From NCBI GenBank assembly GCA_965201155.1, contig OZ241752.1:1360981-1424980 (forward strand): a DNA stretch of 64,000 nucleotides, read 5' to 3'. Numbering within the stretch: position 1 is the stretch's first letter; each line of letters opens with the position of its first letter. Made by a program: the position numbers and the translations under genes. The notes under the pieces are model-generated. The model searched no databases and was not told the origin of the DNA. It saw nothing but the letters and a program-made list of their open reading frames with translations. The DNA comes from Alphaproteobacteria bacterium (GTDB lineage Bacteria; Pseudomonadota; Alphaproteobacteria; UBA7887). Below, piece by piece: positions 38,562 through 47,969 of this stretch.

Positions 38562-39847
38562 CCCGCAAGCTGCTCGGCCTCGGCGCCGCCCTGTGGTTGG
38601 TCCAGGCACTCGCCGGCGCAGACGCCGCCGCCAACTCGGAAACCTACCGGCAACTCAACCTGTTCGGCGATGTGTTCGAGCGCGTGCGCGCCGAATATGT
38701 CGAGGAAGTCACCGACGAGAAACTCATCGAAGCGGCGATCAAGGGCATGCTCGCCGCGCTCGACCCCCATTCCGGCTATCTGCCGCCCGGCGACTTCCAG
38801 GACATGCAGGTGCAGACCCGCGGCGAATTTGGCGGCCTCGGCCTCGAAGTCACCATGGAAAACGGCCTCGTCAAGGTCATATCCCCCATCGACGACACAC
38901 CCGCCGCCCGCGCGGGAATGCAGCCCGGCGACTTCATCAGCCACGTCGACGGCGAACAGATCCACGGCCTTTCGCTCTCGGAAGCCGTGGACCGCATGCG
39001 CGGACCGGTCAAGTCGCAGGTCACCATCACCGTCCTGCGTGAAGGCATCGCTGCTCCGTTCGATGTCAACCTGACCCGCGATGTCATACGTATCCGCTCG
39101 GTGCGCTGGCGGGTGGAAGGCGATATCGGCTACATCCGCATCACCTCCTTCAACGAACAGACGCGCCCCGGCCTTGATGACGCCGTTGACGACCTGCACG
39201 AGGAGCTTGGCGACGACATGAAGGGCGTCGTGCTCGACCTGCGCAACAATCCCGGCGGCCTGCTCGACCAGGCCGTCGCTGTCAGCGACGCCTTTCTCGA
39301 ACACGGGGAAATCGTCTCCACCCGCGGCCGCCGCACCGACAGCACCCAGCGCTTCAACGCCGAAGCCGGCGACCTGATCGACGGCTTGCCCATGGTAGTG
39401 CTGATCAATGGCGGCTCCGCATCGGCGTCCGAAATTGTCGCTGGCGCCCTGCAGGACCACGAACGCGCGGTGATTCTCGGCACCCGCTCATTCGGCAAGG
39501 GCTCTGTCCAGCGGCTGCTCCCCCTCGCCGGAAAGAGCGCCATGCGGCTCACGATCGCGCGCTATTTCACGCCCTCCGGCAGTTCCATCCAGGCCACCGG
39601 CATCGAACCCGACATCGAAGTGCAGCGCACTGTCATCGAAGCGGTGGAAAACGGCGAGTCCCGCCGCGAGTCCGACCTGCGCGGCAGCCTGGACGCTGAA
39701 TCGGAAAACGGGGCTGACGCCGAGGAAACCCCCGACGACGCGCAGCAGGCCGCGGCGGACGACGCCGACAACACCCTGATCGACTATCAGTTGCGGCGGG
39801 CGCTCGACCTGCTGGAAGGCGTGGCGCTCTACAACAGCAACTCCTGA
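38558..39847 (+). CDS. C-terminal processing (S41, tail-specific) peptidase
   Basis: PDZ domain plus S41 motifs (..VVLDLRNNPGGLL..SASASEIVAGALQD..GTRSFGKGSVQ). The start overlaps the envC-like stop in an ATGA arrangement. Confidence 0.92.
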   Translation: MTRKLLGLGAALWLVQALAGADAAANSETYRQLNLFGDVFERVRAEYVEEVTDEKLIEAAIKGMLAALDPHSGYLPPGDFQDMQVQTRGEFGGLGLEVTMENGLVKVISPIDDTPAARAGMQPGDFISHVDGEQIHGLSLSEAVDRMRGPVKSQVTITVLREGIAAPFDVNLTRDVIRIRSVRWRVEGDIGYIRITSFNEQTRPGLDDAVDDLHEELGDDMKGVVLDLRNNPGGLLDQAVAVSDAFLEHGEIVSTRGRRTDSTQRFNAEAGDLIDGLPMVVLINGGSASASEIVAGALQDHERAVILGTRSFGKGSVQRLLPLAGKSAMRLTIARYFTPSGSSIQATGIEPDIEVQRTVIEAVENGESRRESDLRGSLDAESENGADAEETPDDAQQAAADDADNTLIDYQLRRALDLLEGVALYNSNS

Positions 39848-39883
39848 ACCCGCCTGCGGCCCTGCCGCGGCGCGCCCCATCCC

Positions 39884-40375
39884 ATGATCTCGCACGCCCT
39901 GCCCTGGCGGCCGTGCGTCGGCATCATGCTGCTGAATCGCGACGGCGAGGTGTTTGTCGGGCGGCGGGTGGATTTCGCCACGCTCGCATGGCAAATGCCG
40001 CAGGGAGGCATCGACCCGGGGGAGCAGCCGCGCGCCGCCGCCCTGCGCGAACTCGCTGAGGAAACCGGCATAACCGCCGTCGAAATCATCGCCGAAAGCG
40101 CCGTCTGGCACCGCTACGACCTGCCCGCCTCGCTTTTGGGCAAGGTATGGAGCGGCCGCTATCGCGGTCAGGAGCAGAAATGGTTCGCCATGCGCTTCCT
40201 TGGCCGCGACGAGGATATCGACCTGACGGCCCACAAGCCGGAATTCTCGACTTGGCGGTGGCTCGCCCCCGCGGACCTCGTCGCCACCGTGGTGCCGTTC
40301 AAACGCGCCGTCTACGGCGCGGTGCTCGAGGAATTCGCGCCGCTGCTGGCCCCGTTCACACCGCCCCGGCGCTGA
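39884..40375 (+). CDS. rppH: RNA pyrophosphohydrolase (Nudix)
   Basis: [39 protein letters not shown] Nudix box. Confidence 0.9.
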   Translation: MISHALPWRPCVGIMLLNRDGEVFVGRRVDFATLAWQMPQGGIDPGEQPRAAALRELAEETGITAVEIIAESAVWHRYDLPASLLGKVWSGRYRGQEQKWFAMRFLGRDEDIDLTAHKPEFSTWRWLAPADLVATVVPFKRAVYGAVLEEFAPLLAPFTPPRR

Positions 40376-41171
40376 ACCCGCCGACCCGCCAGCGCACCCA
40401 GCGCCACCCCGCCCGCCCGGCCCACAGCGCCAGCAAGCCGCGCGGATTCATCCCCGCCGCTTTCATGATCATCCGCAGGCACAGGTCGAAATGCACCCGC
40501 CTGTAGAGGCGGTAGGCCCGCCGCGCATAGGCGCGCGCGCTGCGCCGCCGGCTATAGGGCAGCGGCAAATCGTTCGCGCAGTGAAATGCGAACGCCAGTT
40601 CATCATCGCGTAACTCGCCGACCCGCCCTGCCGCCACCCATATGCGGCGCCAGCGCCCGATGCCGTCGCGCGCCAGATAGCGTTTAAGCGTGTCGTGAAA
40701 AAGCTTGTAATGGCGAAATTCATCAGCCGCGATCAGACGGCATATTTCCTTCAGCACCGGCTCCCGCGCTGCGCTGCTCACCGCGCTGTAGAAGGACGAT
40801 GTGCCTGACTCCACCACGCAGCGGGCGATCAGTTCGCCGCTGCGCGAGCCGCGCACCGAAGCGGCAGCGTCCAACGGCAGCCGGTATCCGGCCGTGAACC
40901 GCGCGAAGCGGGCGCTGAAGTCGAACGCCGGATCGGCCATCTCCGCCCAGCGCGCCAGCGCCTTGCCATGGCGCACTTCCTCCGCCGCCCACTCCGATAT
41001 GGCAGCGTGAAACGCCGCATCATCCGCGAATACGCCATGGAGATAGGTTTCGTAATCGCCGCCATTATGTTCGACAATGGCGGCGGCTTTCACCATAGCC
41101 AGCAGCTCCCTGTCAACCTTGTCCGCGTCGAACTGCTGCCACGGAACATCGTCCAGCGTCCAGCTTTTCAT
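40356..41171 (-). CDS. ferritin-like di-iron (acyl-ACP desaturase-like) domain protein
   Basis: Two E..H-type motifs ([11 protein letters not shown] ; [11 protein letters not shown]). Start trimmed to MKSWTLDD (ATG 41171). Confidence 0.65.
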   Translation of the reverse strand: MKSWTLDDVPWQQFDADKVDRELLAMVKAAAIVEHNGGDYETYLHGVFADDAAFHAAISEWAAEEVRHGKALARWAEMADPAFDFSARFARFTAGYRLPLDAAASVRGSRSGELIARCVVESGTSSFYSAVSSAAREPVLKEICRLIAADEFRHYKLFHDTLKRYLARDGIGRWRRIWVAAGRVGELRDDELAFAFHCANDLPLPYSRRRSARAYARRAYRLYRRVHFDLCLRMIMKAAGMNPRGLLALWAGRAGWRWVRWRVGGFSAGAV

Positions 41172-41408
41172 CGCCAAGCCAAACACGCAATTCCCCAGTC
41201 CTGACAACATAAACCATAACACATTCCGCCACTTACGACAACATAAGGCGTCCTTGGGCGCTATGCGGGCTATCGCCCTGGACACACATCGGAATGCCGG
41301 AGACTCTTTCGGTATGAGATCGTTTTTCGTGCGATAGTGGACATGCGTGATCTTGATCACAAAATTGCCGGAGACAGGCCCTCATATCCGAATCCGGGAG
41401 AGAGCCCG

Positions 41409-42101
41409 ATGACCAGGTTTCGAACATCAACCGACGATCCCCGGGATCTCCCCGCCTACACGATCCCGGAAGCTGCCCGCTATCTCGCTGTGCCTCCGGC
41501 GACCATTCGCTATTGGTCGGTGGGTCGTGGCACCACCGCGCCGGTGATTGAGGTGCCCGGGCACGTGCCGACGCTGCTTTCCTTTCTCAATCTCACGGAA
41601 CTGCATGTTCTTGCTGCTATTCGGCGCAAGCACGAAGTGAAAATGCCGAGCATCCGAAGTGCGATCCAATACCTGGCAGCGCATGCTCAAGGCGCGATGG
41701 ACAAGCGCTATCCGCTCATCAGCCGCGAGCTGGAAACCGATGGGCTGGACCTGTTCATCCAGCAATACGGGCAACTGATCACTATCAGCCGTGCAGGCCA
41801 AACGGCCATGCGGGAGATCATCAGCGCGGCGCTTCGCCGGATCGACCGCGACCCCGCCGGCGTCCCGATCAAGCTCTACCCGTTCACCCGGGCCGCCATG
41901 GACGACACACCCTCGATGGTCGTTATCGACCCCAGGCTCTCCGCCGGGCGCCCTGTCATCGCCGGCACCGGACTCGCCACCCAGCTCATCGCCGAACGCT
42001 ACAAGGCAGGGGAATCCATCGGTGATCTGGCGCACGACTATGAGCGCGAACATGAGGAAATCGAAGAAGCGATCCGATGCGAGCTCCAGGCTGCCGCCTG
42101 A
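41409..42101 (+). CDS. VapB45-like antitoxin (N-terminal HTH + C-terminal DUF433)
   Basis: HTH YTIPEAARYLAVPPATIRYW. DUF433 region VVIDPRLSAGRPVIAGTGLATQLIAERYKAGESIGDLAHDY. Confidence 0.75.
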   Translation: MTRFRTSTDDPRDLPAYTIPEAARYLAVPPATIRYWSVGRGTTAPVIEVPGHVPTLLSFLNLTELHVLAAIRRKHEVKMPSIRSAIQYLAAHAQGAMDKRYPLISRELETDGLDLFIQQYGQLITISRAGQTAMREIISAALRRIDRDPAGVPIKLYPFTRAAMDDTPSMVVIDPRLSAGRPVIAGTGLATQLIAERYKAGESIGDLAHDYEREHEEIEEAIRCELQAAA

Positions 42102-42486
42102 GCCAACGTTCTTCCTCGATCGCAGCCTCGGCAGGCACATCATCGCGGACCGGCTTCGATCGGAGGGGATGGCGGTGGAGGTGCACGACGACTACCTCGC
42201 GCCGGACGCGCCGGACGAGGAGTGGACCGCGTTCGTCGGACGCACGCGCTGGGCGGCAATCACGAAAGACAGGAACATCCGCTATCGAGCCGCCGAGCTT
42301 GAGGCGATCCGGCGGCATTCGGCACGGGTCATCGTGATTCGAATGAAGAACGCAACCGGACCGGACATCGCCGAGTCGCTGGTGAAGGGTAGGCGCCGTA
42401 TCGCTCGCTTGGCGGCTAGGATTCCCCCTCCGTTCGTGGCCGGTATCCATGCCAACGGCACGGCCAAGAGGTACGAAATCGTCTGA
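42052..42486 (+). CDS. VapC45/DUF5615-like PIN-like domain toxin
   Basis: FFLDRSLGRHIIADRLRSEGMAVEVHDD..DEEW..AITKDRNIRY..VIVIR. The gene overlaps the antitoxin 3' end; the start (ATG 42052 or 42040) is uncertain. Confidence 0.65.
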   Translation: MRKSKKRSDASSRLPPEPTFFLDRSLGRHIIADRLRSEGMAVEVHDDYLAPDAPDEEWTAFVGRTRWAAITKDRNIRYRAAELEAIRRHSARVIVIRMKNATGPDIAESLVKGRRRIARLAARIPPPFVAGIHANGTAKRYEIV

Positions 42487-42601
42487 CGCTCGCTGCTGTC
42501 GCTCTACACGCCTCCGCCGCACATAACCAGGGTGAGCAGTGTAAACGCAATCATCGTCCCTTCACGGACTGGCTTTCGTAGCCAAGAAGCATAGCACACA
42601 C

Positions 42602-42627
42602 AAAAAAGAGGCCCTCCGAACGGAGGG
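42602..42627 (-). terminator. intrinsic terminator (minus strand)
   Basis: The reverse strand reads CCCTCCG-tt-CGGAGGG followed by CCTCTTTTTTG. It lies 80 nt downstream of the small membrane-protein gene. Confidence 0.7.
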
Positions 42628-42707
42628 TCGATGGTGATGTCAGGCTGGGCGAACCATATCTCGCCCATCAAGGGTACCCGACAGCAAATGCACCGCCGCG
42701 GACTGGC

Positions 42708-42905
42708 TCAACTCGCGGTAGGTGCGTGCCGCTCCGACTGACCGCCGCGCCTAGTAAATTCCTGAAACAATCCTTCCAGCCGGGCCATGCGTTCGCGCAG
42801 ATCCGCAATGTCACGCCGTACTTCGTTCACCCCCCGCGCCAGATAGAGGTTCAAGCCTGCCAGCACCAGCGCCGCGCCGATAATCGTGAGCGTTTCCTGT
42901 GTCAA
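42708..42905 (-). CDS. small single-TM protein
   Basis: MTQETLTIIGAALVLAGLNLYLARG.. followed by a charged helix. It sits downstream of the lipoprotein gene and upstream of the terminator. Confidence 0.5.
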   Translation of the reverse strand: MTQETLTIIGAALVLAGLNLYLARGVNEVRRDIADLRERMARLEGLFQEFTRRGGQSERHAPTAS

Positions 42906-42930
42906 GGAAACTCACCCTCAGGAGCCAGTT

Positions 42931-44193
42931 TCACCCCCCTGCCATGTGCAGAGGCACTAGGAACAGTCCGGCCGCTCCGCCCACATGGCCATTCACGAAA
43001 TGACCGTCGAAGATCAGGAACGCCGCCTGCGGGTGCGGCTCCCCGGTCCCGAGAACCCTGCCATTGAACTTGCCGGCAACGCCGCCGCCCATGGCCGCAC
43101 CGCTGAAAGTGGAGCGATGCATCCCGCTCAGGGGATGCTCCGAACCATACTCCTTGAACATTCCGTCGAGCCTCAGCAGCCATGCCGGATCGATCATATC
43201 TCCGTGGCCGTCCAGGAAATCCTTTACGGTTCCCTTTACTTTGAACATGTGATCCGTCATGCTGAAATCAGCCGTCAGCATGGCGTCGGCGGTAAATTGG
43301 TCGGTCTCGACAACCGTCGCTTCGCCGCGCTCGCTGAAGGTCTTCCTGGCATATATGCCTGTCGCCGGACCGCTATAGGTTGCTCTGCCCTCCAGGCCAT
43401 CAACCGTCCGATGGAAATCGCTCGGGCGGGTGACGGCGCGGCTGGTTCTGAGCGGCTTGAAGGCATAGGTCATGCCGCCCGACGCATCCATGGTGCTCTC
43501 CAGCCAATAGCCGAAGGCGACATAGCCGGCCTCCACATCACCCATCGTCTCATTGGCGTAGACGACAACCGTGTCCCTCACCGACTCATCCTCATTGACG
43601 CGCGTGTAGGTCGCGCCCGTCCACCCCGCAATCATGGCAGGCGCGGCCTGCGACATGGTGAACGCCGCGTCTTCATCCACAACCGCCTGGTCGTCCATTG
43701 TCTTGAGGCCGACAGCCATGACCTTGCCGTCCTCGCCATATCTGAGATCGGCCATGCCCGCGGGGCCATCGGCGCCGCGCATCAGCGCCATGGCGATCCC
43801 GGTCCGTTTGGCTTGCCTCATCCTCTCTTCTTGCGCCAGCCGCATCGCATAGGCCTCGGAATTCTCCGCCGTGACCGCGCCGCCTTCCGAGGTGGCGGAG
43901 ACTGCCCCGTCATTGGCTACCGTCACCTCCAGCATGCAGGCAGGACCGTCGGCGGCGCAATGAAAGTCGATATCGCCGAACAGGAACCTGCCGCCGGCGG
44001 CGATCGTGACGCTCTGGCCCGCGTCCGGTGTGTCATAGCCGGAGGTCACCATGCCGAGATCGACCGGCTCCGGCATCGGGCCACCGCCGCCGCCACCGCC
44101 GCCGCCGGACGGGGAAGACGAACCACCGCCGCCGCAGCCCGCCACGACAAGCGAGACCGTCGCAACCGCGAGAGAACTTCTGAAGAATGTCAT
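42931..44193 (-). CDS. lipoprotein with TbpB/fHbp-like C-terminal beta-barrel domain
   Basis: Lipobox LVVAGC followed by a Gly/Ser linker (GGGGSSSPSGGGGGGGGG). The C-terminal pattern ATYSGPATGIY..FTADAMLTADFS..VKGTVKDF..FSGAAMGGGVAGKFNG..GHFVNGHVGGAAG is typical of the transferrin-binding-protein-B-like barrel. Confidence 0.75.
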   Translation of the reverse strand: MTFFRSSLAVATVSLVVAGCGGGGSSSPSGGGGGGGGGPMPEPVDLGMVTSGYDTPDAGQSVTIAAGGRFLFGDIDFHCAADGPACMLEVTVANDGAVSATSEGGAVTAENSEAYAMRLAQEERMRQAKRTGIAMALMRGADGPAGMADLRYGEDGKVMAVGLKTMDDQAVVDEDAAFTMSQAAPAMIAGWTGATYTRVNEDESVRDTVVVYANETMGDVEAGYVAFGYWLESTMDASGGMTYAFKPLRTSRAVTRPSDFHRTVDGLEGRATYSGPATGIYARKTFSERGEATVVETDQFTADAMLTADFSMTDHMFKVKGTVKDFLDGHGDMIDPAWLLRLDGMFKEYGSEHPLSGMHRSTFSGAAMGGGVAGKFNGRVLGTGEPHPQAAFLIFDGHFVNGHVGGAAGLFLVPLHMAGG

Positions 44194-44570
44194 CGATGGA
44201 GGACTCCCTGTGATCCGGTTGGGGAGCCTCCGAAGAAAAGACCTCTCAAGAGGCCTCTGCGCTCAATGCACACAAAGAGGCTCCATAATAAAGAGCCCGT
44301 AAGTTACTTGTGCATACTATCACGATTACCCACGCCTGACAAACAACACCCACCGCGTCAAGATGCGGCTTAATCCCGTTTTGTGACCCCGCATTATTCA
44401 TGACACTGGAAAATGTGGCGCGGATTGCGTGGAATGTGGCGGTTCGCCAAGGCGCGCGCCTTGATGCCGCGTTTCTCAGTGGCCAGAGCAGCCAACAGGC
44501 TGCGGTGTGGAGGAACAAGCGGCACTGGTTGGCTTCCCAGCGATGGCAGGAAGTGCGGTCAGAGCCGGAG

Positions 44571-44835
44571 ATGGAAATCCGGGATATATGGCTGGACATA
44601 AGACGGAGACTGGTCGCGAGCAGTACTGCACAGCACCAGGCAGTTGCGCTCGTTCGCGCGCTGTCTGGCCGAGGGCAGGGCGGATGCAGATCGCATGCGG
44701 CGTGTAGCCAAAGCACTGGTTGCGGGTGAATGGCCAAACTCCGGCGGGATTCTCGCGGCGCTGCGCCGCTCGCCGCTGGTCGGCGCCGATCTCGACCTGA
44801 CGCGCCCGCGGGATGAAGAGCGCAGGGTTGATATT
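44571..44835 (+). pseudogene. decayed VapB-type antitoxin
   Basis: The C-terminal ..ILAALRRSPLVGADLDLTRPRDEERRVDI is typical of VapB/FitA-like tails. The N-terminal MEIRDI..RRRL lies in another frame (frameshift near 44625), and there is no stop before the vapC start. Confidence 0.45.
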
Positions 44836-45111
44836 TGGGGCGTTATCTCCTCGATACCAACATCATCAGCAATATCGTCAAGGCGAAGCCGGCGGTATCC
44901 CTGCCCGACTGGATGGCTGCGGAGCGCGATGAAGACCTGTGTGTTGCCTCTCTGACCATTGCGGAGATCCGGCGCGGCATTCTGGAACGGCCGCGCGGCA
45001 GGAAAGAAAAATGCTCTTGAAGCCTGTCTATCGAACTCGCCTTCCCCCGGAACAACGCAGATTCTACCACATCAACCGGGAACCTCGGGCGATTTCGAGA
45101 GGTTCCCATAA
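44835..45111 (+). pseudogene. decayed PIN-domain VapC toxin
   Basis: TTG start, GRYLLDTNIISNIVKAKP..SLTIAEIRRGI, then a premature stop at 45020. The remainder (..KKNALEA..ILP..) is recognisable only after frame changes. Confidence 0.6.
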
Positions 45112-45216
45112 GTCCGGTCATTCGCCGGGTGCGGGGAGCTACCGCCATTCCTTGCAATTCAGAGCATATGCCCGTAAAAAAACTCGACGCTGCAAACAGG
45201 CCGGACGGGCGGAATA

Positions 45217-45495
45217 ATGGACGCACAGATGGAGCGGAGCGTTGCTGCCTTCAAACAGATGGAAGCAAAGCTGATTGAGGAGCATGCGGGGCGGATTGCG
45301 CTGCTGCATGACGGGGCGCTGGTAGCCATCTACAACGACGCTGGCGACGCCTACAGCATAGGGTGCGAGAAGTTCGGGCCGGGAAATTTCTGCACGCAGC
45401 ATATCGGCGCCGCGCCCAGGTCATTGGGATTTGCGGCGGCGCTGGCATTCGGCATGCTGCAGGGGGACATTCGCTCACGATGTACCGCCGAATAG
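45217..45495 (+). CDS. hypothetical protein
   Basis: 92-aa ORF (..GRIALLHDGALVAIYNDAGDAYSIGCEKFGPGNF..). It weakly resembles small DUF5678-type proteins. Confidence 0.4.
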   Translation: MDAQMERSVAAFKQMEAKLIEEHAGRIALLHDGALVAIYNDAGDAYSIGCEKFGPGNFCTQHIGAAPRSLGFAAALAFGMLQGDIRSRCTAE

Positions 45496-45900
45496 CTCAA
45501 TATCCTTGTTCGTTAAGGGGCGATGGGTTCCTCCGTCGCAAATCTCGAAGTCTGTGAGTACCAAATTCCGCATGATTGTCTTTCGCCGGTTCCCTCCCAA
45601 TCCATGAATATTCCGGTGGCAGGAGTCCCCGGTCGATGACGGTTCGGTGGTGAGCCGGCAGTCGTCCGGGAGCGTGCCATGACGTATTCGCCAGAATACA
45701 TGGGGATGGTCAACCACACTGTGGTAGAAACGAGTGATATGCCGGCACTCGCAGCCGCTTGTTGTCCGAGCGCAGGCAGTTTCAAATACTGATATTCCCC
45801 TTCCGCTGGACGACGGCTGAAATGCCTGGCTGAGGAAGCGTCCCCTCTCCTTGCTGAAATAGGCCGGGTGTAATAGACGAATGAGTTCTTCGGCAACCAC
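45475..45900 (-). CDS. hypothetical Cys/His-rich protein (frame B)
   Basis: GTG 45900 is preceded by GGGAG at 7 nt. Translation: VVAEELIRLLHPAYFSKERGRFLSQAFQPSSSGRGISVF..CHRNIHGL.. . It overlaps the tail of the 45513..46253 ORF in another frame (see findings). Confidence 0.4.
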   Translation of the reverse strand: MVAEELIRLLHPAYFSKERGRFLSQAFQPSSSGRGISVFETACARTTSGCECRHITRFYHSVVDHPHVFWRIRHGTLPDDCRLTTEPSSTGDSCHRNIHGLGGNRRKTIMRNLVLTDFEICDGGTHRPLTNKDIELFGGTS

Positions 45901-46253
45901 GCCAAGTCTCCCAGATGCGCTTCGAATTTGCTCATCGAGATGTTGCCGTATTCCCGGTCCTGATCCGGTTCATCACGAATCTCATGGACAAGGTCCATCC
46001 TGCCATTACTGTGACACTGGATTTCCAGGATGTCATTGTTGCGGTAGCCAGCGACCAATACATCGCCGTCGATACCGGGGAAGGCTTCGATGTTACGGGC
46101 TCCGTAATCGACGAGAAGTGTGTTGACAGCGAGCGCAGTATCCACCGCAATCCCGGCGGCACCGGTGCCGGTGCCGTAGTGCCATCCGTCCGGCAGTTCC
46201 GCAAACGCACGGATTTGCCGCATGATCGCCTGCTCCAGGGTTTGGTCAGTCAT
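45513..46253 (-). CDS. hypothetical protein (frame A; only the first ~120 aa look protein-like)
   Basis: MTDQTLEQAIMRQIRAFAELPDGWHYGTGTGAAGIAVDTALAVNTLL.. . The start forms ATGACTGA with the stop of the upstream 83-aa gene. The tail beyond about 45890 is low-complexity. Confidence 0.5.
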   Translation of the reverse strand: MTDQTLEQAIMRQIRAFAELPDGWHYGTGTGAAGIAVDTALAVNTLLVDYGARNIEAFPGIDGDVLVAGYRNNDILEIQCHSNGRMDLVHEIRDEPDQDREYGNISMSKFEAHLGDLAWLPKNSFVYYTRPISARRGDASSARHFSRRPAEGEYQYLKLPALGQQAAASAGISLVSTTVWLTIPMYSGEYVMARSRTTAGSPPNRHRPGTPATGIFMDWEGTGERQSCGIWYSQTSRFATEEPIAP

Positions 46254-46497
46254 CCAATTGTTCCTCCGGAGAGACAAAATTCGCTGTCAGGTTCGCGTTG
46301 AGTTCGTAGGCGGGCTTCCCGTCAGCGCCCGGCTCGTCCATCCGCATGATCTCGATCACCGAAATCTTCAAACGAACCAATGTGCCATCCTCCAGCTTCA
46401 GGCGAGTCACCGGCTCGCTGGACTCAACGACGTCCAGAACGGTGCCTCGCTCCATCGCTCCAGTCTGAGGATGAGCTCTCTTCTTTCGAAATGCCAT
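46246..46497 (-). CDS. hypothetical small protein
   Basis: 83 aa with GAGGG 8 nt upstream of ATG 46497. It is translationally coupled to the next gene. Confidence 0.5.
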   Translation of the reverse strand: MAFRKKRAHPQTGAMERGTVLDVVESSEPVTRLKLEDGTLVRLKISVIEIMRMDEPGADGKPAYELNANLTANFVSPEEQLDD

Positions 46498-47239
46498 CTG
46501 ACCGCCCTCAGTCAGTCGTCTTTACATCAGCGTCTCGGACGCGCGCAGTATCTCTGCGCGCCGCTATTGCCGCACAGCACGGCAGCCACGATCTCGTCAG
46601 GTGTACCATCAATTATGACGACTTCCCCCATCCTGGCCTTTGTCAGCCGACGGGCAGTCAGCGGCTTCCTGCGGGAGGATTCTCGCATAAAAGGCCTCCC
46701 TGCCCGAATGGATCCTGTGAACGCGCTCGCCACGTTCAATAGTCACACAACACGAATGACGCAAGCCGGGCAAACGGCCGCAGCACGCGGTGGCTGCCAC
46801 TTTGCGTTTTCGCTCCGTCTCCGTCGTGCGCCAGCGATCCGCGCCCCGAATACTGGCTGTGCCTTCGTGGGCGGAATTGGCGGATTTTGCGCAACACGTT
46901 GCGGGGTTGCGATATCAGATGACGCGCGACAGTGTGGGCAACCCGGATTTCAATATCTGGGTTTCGCTCACATCACAGACCGGCGACGCAGATGGAGCGT
47001 CAAGACGGCATAGTATGAAAAAAGGCAATGAGGCACCGAAGCGCCCCAAAGCCTGCAATGCGAAATATCGCCGTTTCTCCCGGCGACGTCAAGCCTTTTC
47101 GGCATGAGTGTTGCGTCCGCGTCAGCCGTAACCGCATCATCGGCACATACGTCTGCGCGACTGCGTGCGGCAAGACCCGCATGATGAACCCGGTTGTTTT
47201 CCTTGAGGCCGGCGTTGTTGTTGCGCGGTTTGGCGAAAT

Positions 47240-47812
47240 TCACATTGTTTCCTGATACGCGATCGCGTGTTTTTGGATGCGGTTGGTGGCGAGCAGGGTG
47301 AGGATCTCAAGGCGGTGGCGCCATGCTCGGCGCTCCCGGAGCCTGCGTGCCAGCACTGGCAGGCCGCGAAGCGTGTTTGATCTGCAAATGGCAGGGGCGA
47401 TCTGGAGGGGCTTCAGGTGCCTTGCAGTCCGGGATTTGCGTAAATCGAACATGATCTGGTCGATGGATAATCGCGACATTTCGCATACGGCCAGGACAGT
47501 TTCGGCACCTCGCCGATCAATGACATAGCCTGCGGCGCCGCCGTGCCAACCATACAATTTGTGCAGGCCGCGACCAGAGGGTGTTGTTCCGACACAGGGA
47601 CCGAATAATCGCCGCTTGCCGGAGGATGATTCGAGTCTCAGGAGACTCGTACCCCGCGGCCACCAGTTCACAGACTCGAGGAGCGACGGCGTGTCAGCGG
47701 CGACGGCCGCATCATCCTCAAGTATCAACGCAGCCGGGTGCGGCGTGGCAAGGAGCGCTTTCATGGCCTCGCAATGGCTCCTTCTGCTCCCTTCCGAGCC
47801 CTGACTTCGCAT
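47240..47812 (-). pseudogene. glycosyltransferase family 25 (LPS) gene lacking its N-terminal ~80-90 aa
   Basis: ..SHCEAMKALLATPHPAALILEDDAAV..GGAAGYVIDRRGAETVL..SIDQIMFD matches the central and C-terminal parts of GT25. No N-terminal part appears in any frame of the 157-bp upstream spacer. Confidence 0.6.
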
Positions 47813-47969
47813 GCGTGTTGGCGGCAGGCGGGAACCGTCAATCGCAGATATCCGCTCCTACCAAATCAATGAGCAACGTCAGGGGATTTCGGGGAGCCTC
47901 TCCCGGAGCAATTTGGCAGTCGCAATTCGGTTATGATGCGGACCAATGTGACGCGCGCCGAAATTTGGT

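Noticed and set aside
42504-42554. 16-aa hydrophobic mini-ORF (MIAFTLLTLVMCGGGV) on the minus strand after the terminator
   Set aside because: It is too short, has no obvious Shine-Dalgarno sequence and lies downstream of a strong terminator. Support is insufficient.
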